Origin: Candidatus Bathyarchaeota archaeon
GTDB taxonomy: Archaea > Thermoproteota > Bathyarchaeia > Bathyarchaeales > Bathycorpusculaceae
Direction: 5' to 3'
Assembly (NCBI GenBank): GCA_963826715.1
Contig: CAWGYA010000008.1
Location: forward strand, 1,024,001-1,088,000
Length of the DNA stretch: 64,000 bases
Below the pieces are notes generated by a model. The model had not been told where the DNA came from. It made no database searches and saw nothing but the letters and a program-made list of their open reading frames with translations. Positions 60,825 to 64,000 of this stretch are shown here, piece after piece (positions within the stretch are counted from its first letter, which is position 1; each line of letters begins with the position of its first letter). Position numbers and translations under genes: made by a program.

Positions 60825-61895
60825 TTATTGGTTGCGTTTAATCAAGAATTCAGCGAACGCTTTTAATTTTTCCTTAGCCTCAGGCGTAGGCAGAAGCTTG
60901 TCGACTTCACTCCAACTATCCACGATCATCCGCTCGGCGGTAGTTTTTACATACTCAAATGCGCCATATTTTTTGATGATCGCTATCGCTTCATCCCTGA
61001 GAGTTTGATCGAAGGTATGCATCCCTAAAACTTCTATTAGCCTTAGTCTATCTTGCACGTTTGCTTTTTGAAGTGCATAAATAACCAGTAGTGATCGTTT
61101 GCCCTCCGAAATATCGCCTCCAACACCGCCCTTCTTTTTAGCGAACTCCTCTCCCGTCAGGTCCAAAATGTCGTCTTGCATCTGGAAAGCCACGCCTAAG
61201 CATTCGGCTAGGCGACCTAACTTATCAACCAGTCTGGGCTCTGCATCCGCCAGCACCGCCGCCATCTTCGCCGCCATTCGCGCCAGTGTCCCCGTCTTAT
61301 AGGCACACATTTGCAAGTAATCTTGCTCGGTCAACGCGTCAGCGTTAGCTAGACCTCTGTGCCATGCGATGTCCATGGCTTGGCCCATGCTGAGGTTAAC
61401 CATTTCCTGCACATAAATTTCATAGATATCTCGTTGTGCATTGGTTGAGATTTTGTCTTTGTTAGTCATCATTGGCAAAAGAGGGAGAAAGTACATCGCG
61501 TTTCCAGCATTGACGGATATGTCGAGTTTATAAATTTTATAAGTACAGGGTCTGCCGCGCCGCATTTCGCTTGAGTCTTCTATATCATCTATCACTAGAG
61601 TGCCGTTATGAATAACCTCTGGAATGATGGCAAAATCGAGGCAATAATTATCTTTTTTGCCCAATGCTTCGCAAATAAGTAGAAAAAGCGCTGGTCGCCA
61701 CTTTTTACCGCCGCGGTCGAGCATATCCCAAATCGGCTCTGCGATGGCTTTGTTTATGGGTTCTAAATTATAGCTGTAAATTGGTGGATTAATTTGGAAT
61801 AAAACTGAGTCTTCGTTGTATTTACGTGGGAGATATTTTTCAATTGCTTGGTCGATTTTGGGGGCTGTTTCTTCTAGAAACTTTTTAATATCCAC
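60825..61895 (-). CDS. polyprenyl (geranylgeranyl) diphosphate synthase
   Basis: GGK.WRP, DDIED...RRG, GQAMD, KTG, FQ.QDD; GTG start inferred. Confidence 0.9.
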   Translation of the reverse strand: MDIKKFLEETAPKIDQAIEKYLPRKYNEDSVLFQINPPIYSYNLEPINKAIAEPIWDMLDRGGKKWRPALFLLICEALGKKDNYCLDFAIIPEVIHNGTLVIDDIEDSSEMRRGRPCTYKIYKLDISVNAGNAMYFLPLLPMMTNKDKISTNAQRDIYEIYVQEMVNLSMGQAMDIAWHRGLANADALTEQDYLQMCAYKTGTLARMAAKMAAVLADAEPRLVDKLGRLAECLGVAFQMQDDILDLTGEEFAKKKGGVGGDISEGKRSLLVIYALQKANVQDRLRLIEVLGMHTFDQTLRDEAIAIIKKYGAFEYVKTTAERMIVDSWSEVDKLLPTPEAKEKLKAFAEFLIKRNQ

Positions 61896-61896
61896 G

Positions 61897-62997
61897 TTAA
61901 TGCGCTCCTCGTTTCGCATATTTTTGCAGGTTAAAACCTCGAGCAACTAGCCATTGGGCAGTTTTACCTGTTATAACGACTGGGGTATTTGTAAAATCGG
62001 AGATTTTCTCTACTCCTGTCAGGAACATTACGTTTCGGAGTTCCTCCATAAGGCAGGTCAGTTTCTGTTCGGTTTTCTCTGGACCCTTAACGGCGGTTTC
62101 TAGAATAGGTTGAACTATGCCTGCTAAGCTGGCTTTCAGGGCTAATGATTTGGCTATATCCGTGCCGCTACGCACGCCCCCCGACGCAATCAAGGGTACC
62201 TTAACGTTTTCTGCAGCTTCAATTAAGCTGATTACAGTTGGGATGCCCCAGTCCCAGAGTGCCTCACCCAAAAAATGTTGCACACCTTCCTTGGGGGATC
62301 CACGGTAATATTCTACTGCAGCAAAACTGGTTCCGCCAACTCCACCAACATCTATGGCTTTGACACCAGCGTCTTCAAGCAACCTCGCATCTTCCGCTGA
62401 GATACCAGCACCAGTTTCTTTAACGATGATGGGCTGATTGATTGTAGCGGCGATTTCTTTAATTTTTGATAAGATGCCTTTGAATTCGGTTTGCCCTTCA
62501 GGTTGTACAGCTTCTTGCACAGCGTTTAAATGAATTGCAACTGCGTCTGCGTCAATCATCTCCACAATCTGTTTGACATCTTTAGCGCCATAGCCTTGTA
62601 CGAGTTGGACGCCTCCGATGTTTGCAATTAAGAAAGCATGGGGTGCGCTTTCACGAGCAACTCTATAAGTTTTTTCTAAGCTTTTGTCTTCCAATGCTGC
62701 TCTTTGGCTGCCTAATCCCATTCCTAAGCCGAGTTTTTCGACTGCTTCTGCGATGGAGGCATTAATTTGGGTGGCTTTGGAAGTACCTCCTGTCATGGCA
62801 CCCACGATTATTGGCGCAGAAAATTGTTTACCAAGAAAAGTAGTTTTGAGGTTAATTTTGGCTCTATCAGTTTCAGGCAACGCACGGTGAACCAATTGGA
62901 TATCTTCAAAGCCTGCTGTGATATTTCGGGCTTGCGCTTTCTCATCAAGACAGATTCTGATATGCTCATCTTTACGTTTGCCAGTTTCCTGAGCCAT
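61897..62997 (-). CDS. fni: type 2 isopentenyl-diphosphate delta-isomerase
   Basis: RKDEH, MTGG, GSQR, HLN..QE..QPEG, KETG.G, GGTSF, SGG.R. Confidence 0.95.
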   Translation of the reverse strand: MAQETGKRKDEHIRICLDEKAQARNITAGFEDIQLVHRALPETDRAKINLKTTFLGKQFSAPIIVGAMTGGTSKATQINASIAEAVEKLGLGMGLGSQRAALEDKSLEKTYRVARESAPHAFLIANIGGVQLVQGYGAKDVKQIVEMIDADAVAIHLNAVQEAVQPEGQTEFKGILSKIKEIAATINQPIIVKETGAGISAEDARLLEDAGVKAIDVGGVGGTSFAAVEYYRGSPKEGVQHFLGEALWDWGIPTVISLIEAAENVKVPLIASGGVRSGTDIAKSLALKASLAGIVQPILETAVKGPEKTEQKLTCLMEELRNVMFLTGVEKISDFTNTPVVITGKTAQWLVARGFNLQKYAKRGAH

Positions 62998-63004
62998 TTT
63001 AAGC

Positions 63005-63802
63005 CTACTCTATTTCAGTGCCTAACACACTTTGGTCTGTTAAGGCTCTGTATATGGATAACCCTTTTGTAGCGCCCGTAACGGTTACGTGAATTCCTGC
63101 TTCGATGGCTGGAATGAGTTCAGCGATTTTTCCTGCCATGCCTCCTGTAACATCGGTGCCTGTTGCCTTGCCGAGCTTAGGTTGTAGATCTTTAAGTTCT
63201 TGAAGGGTCAGTTTCTTGAAGGGTTTAGCGTCAGAGTTAGTTTTAGGGTCGCTATCAAAGATTCCGTCTGTATCAACGCCCACTACAATTTTTTGAGCTT
63301 TGTACTTTATAGCTAAATATGCAACAAGCTGGTCACCTGAAAGCACGGTGAAACCCAGTTTATCGTCAAGAACCACGTCGCCATAGAGGACGGGAGTGAA
63401 AACCATTTTGGCAAAGCTCCGGAATACGGTTTCATCGAAGAATTTGATTCTGCCATTTTGGGTTAAAAAGCAAGATGAAGGGGCGATGCTTATGGCTGGG
63501 AGTTCATGAAGAATAAGTGAGTCCATAACTAAGCCGTTGAGTACAGTCATCATATGATGGGTTTCAGCGAAACCGAATTTCTGTGCAGGGTCTTCTTTGA
63601 AGCCATCTTTTAAACCATATCTCTCAGCTGCAGGATGACCAAAGCTTCCACCGCCATGAACCACGATGAGATTATCGAGGTCAGCACGCTTGATTTCTTC
63701 GGCTACGCGGTTGATAATTTCTGTTTTCGGAGTTGCCTCAGCTGTTTTGTCAGTGATGGCTGAACCGCCGAGTTTTAGTATGATTGGGTTTGCATCGTTC
63801 AT
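63005..63802 (-). CDS. ipk: isopentenyl phosphate kinase
   Basis: LKLGGS.ITDK, VHGGGSFGH, SGD, DVTGGM.GK. Confidence 0.93.
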   Translation of the reverse strand: MNDANPIILKLGGSAITDKTAEATPKTEIINRVAEEIKRADLDNLIVVHGGGSFGHPAAERYGLKDGFKEDPAQKFGFAETHHMMTVLNGLVMDSLILHELPAISIAPSSCFLTQNGRIKFFDETVFRSFAKMVFTPVLYGDVVLDDKLGFTVLSGDQLVAYLAIKYKAQKIVVGVDTDGIFDSDPKTNSDAKPFKKLTLQELKDLQPKLGKATGTDVTGGMAGKIAELIPAIEAGIHVTVTGATKGLSIYRALTDQSVLGTEIE

Positions 63803-64000
63803 CGGAAATCTTACCTGCTATGTCTATCGTTGTTCTGCTAATTTAACGTTACAGTTCTATTGCTTCTGTCGTCTAGTATGGCAACGAGGTAGGCTGTTTT
63901 CTTTTTGTGGGCGTAAGTTTTAGTTATGCATAATGGTATTCGGACGTGTACTGTTCTCTGGGATTTTTTATTAATGGTTGGTTTGTTTTTTAGTATTAGT

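Noticed and set aside
63838-63999. Minus-strand open frame from the window edge containing AYLVAILDDRS (transposase-core-like)
   Set aside because: Too short and truncated to support a call.
1-64000. CRISPR array, rRNA or intact IS element
   Set aside because: No regularly spaced repeats, rRNA-like sequence or intact transposase seen.

Overview
Archaeal chromosomal segment. The gene set and protein style suggest Bathyarchaeia; this is an inference from the archaeal ribosomal and SRP proteins, thermosome, Smc-ScpAB, an intron-containing tRNA, the archaeal-type mevalonate pathway and NitrOD5-like/PAS signalling. Most of the window is housekeeping or metabolic: tRNA-Ser(GGA, intron), tRNA-Pro(TGG), eno-rps2-MEMO1, dtxR-feoB with two clear operator palindromes, nucS, mevalonate/isoprenoid genes, a tusA-iscS-iscU-dsrE sulfur relay next to an orphan NuoC-fused group 4 [NiFe] large subunit, glyA/serA, two-component systems, smc-scpA-scpB, rps8e, srp19 and gltX. 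The most interesting part is a ~10.6 kb decayed integrated element (about 42.3-52.95 kb), bounded by a 14-bp direct repeat and ending in a tyrosine-integrase remnant. Its backbone genes are broken but its cargo is intact. The cargo is (i) a candidate RiPP system (Cys-free 81-aa precursor with a PGGLVADWGVGG motif, an RRE-like radical SAM/SPASM enzyme and a second radical SAM) and (ii) a clan CD (gingipain/caspase-fold) protease with a small partner, facing a large beta-propeller protein. All calls come from reading the sequence and motifs; no database searches were run.
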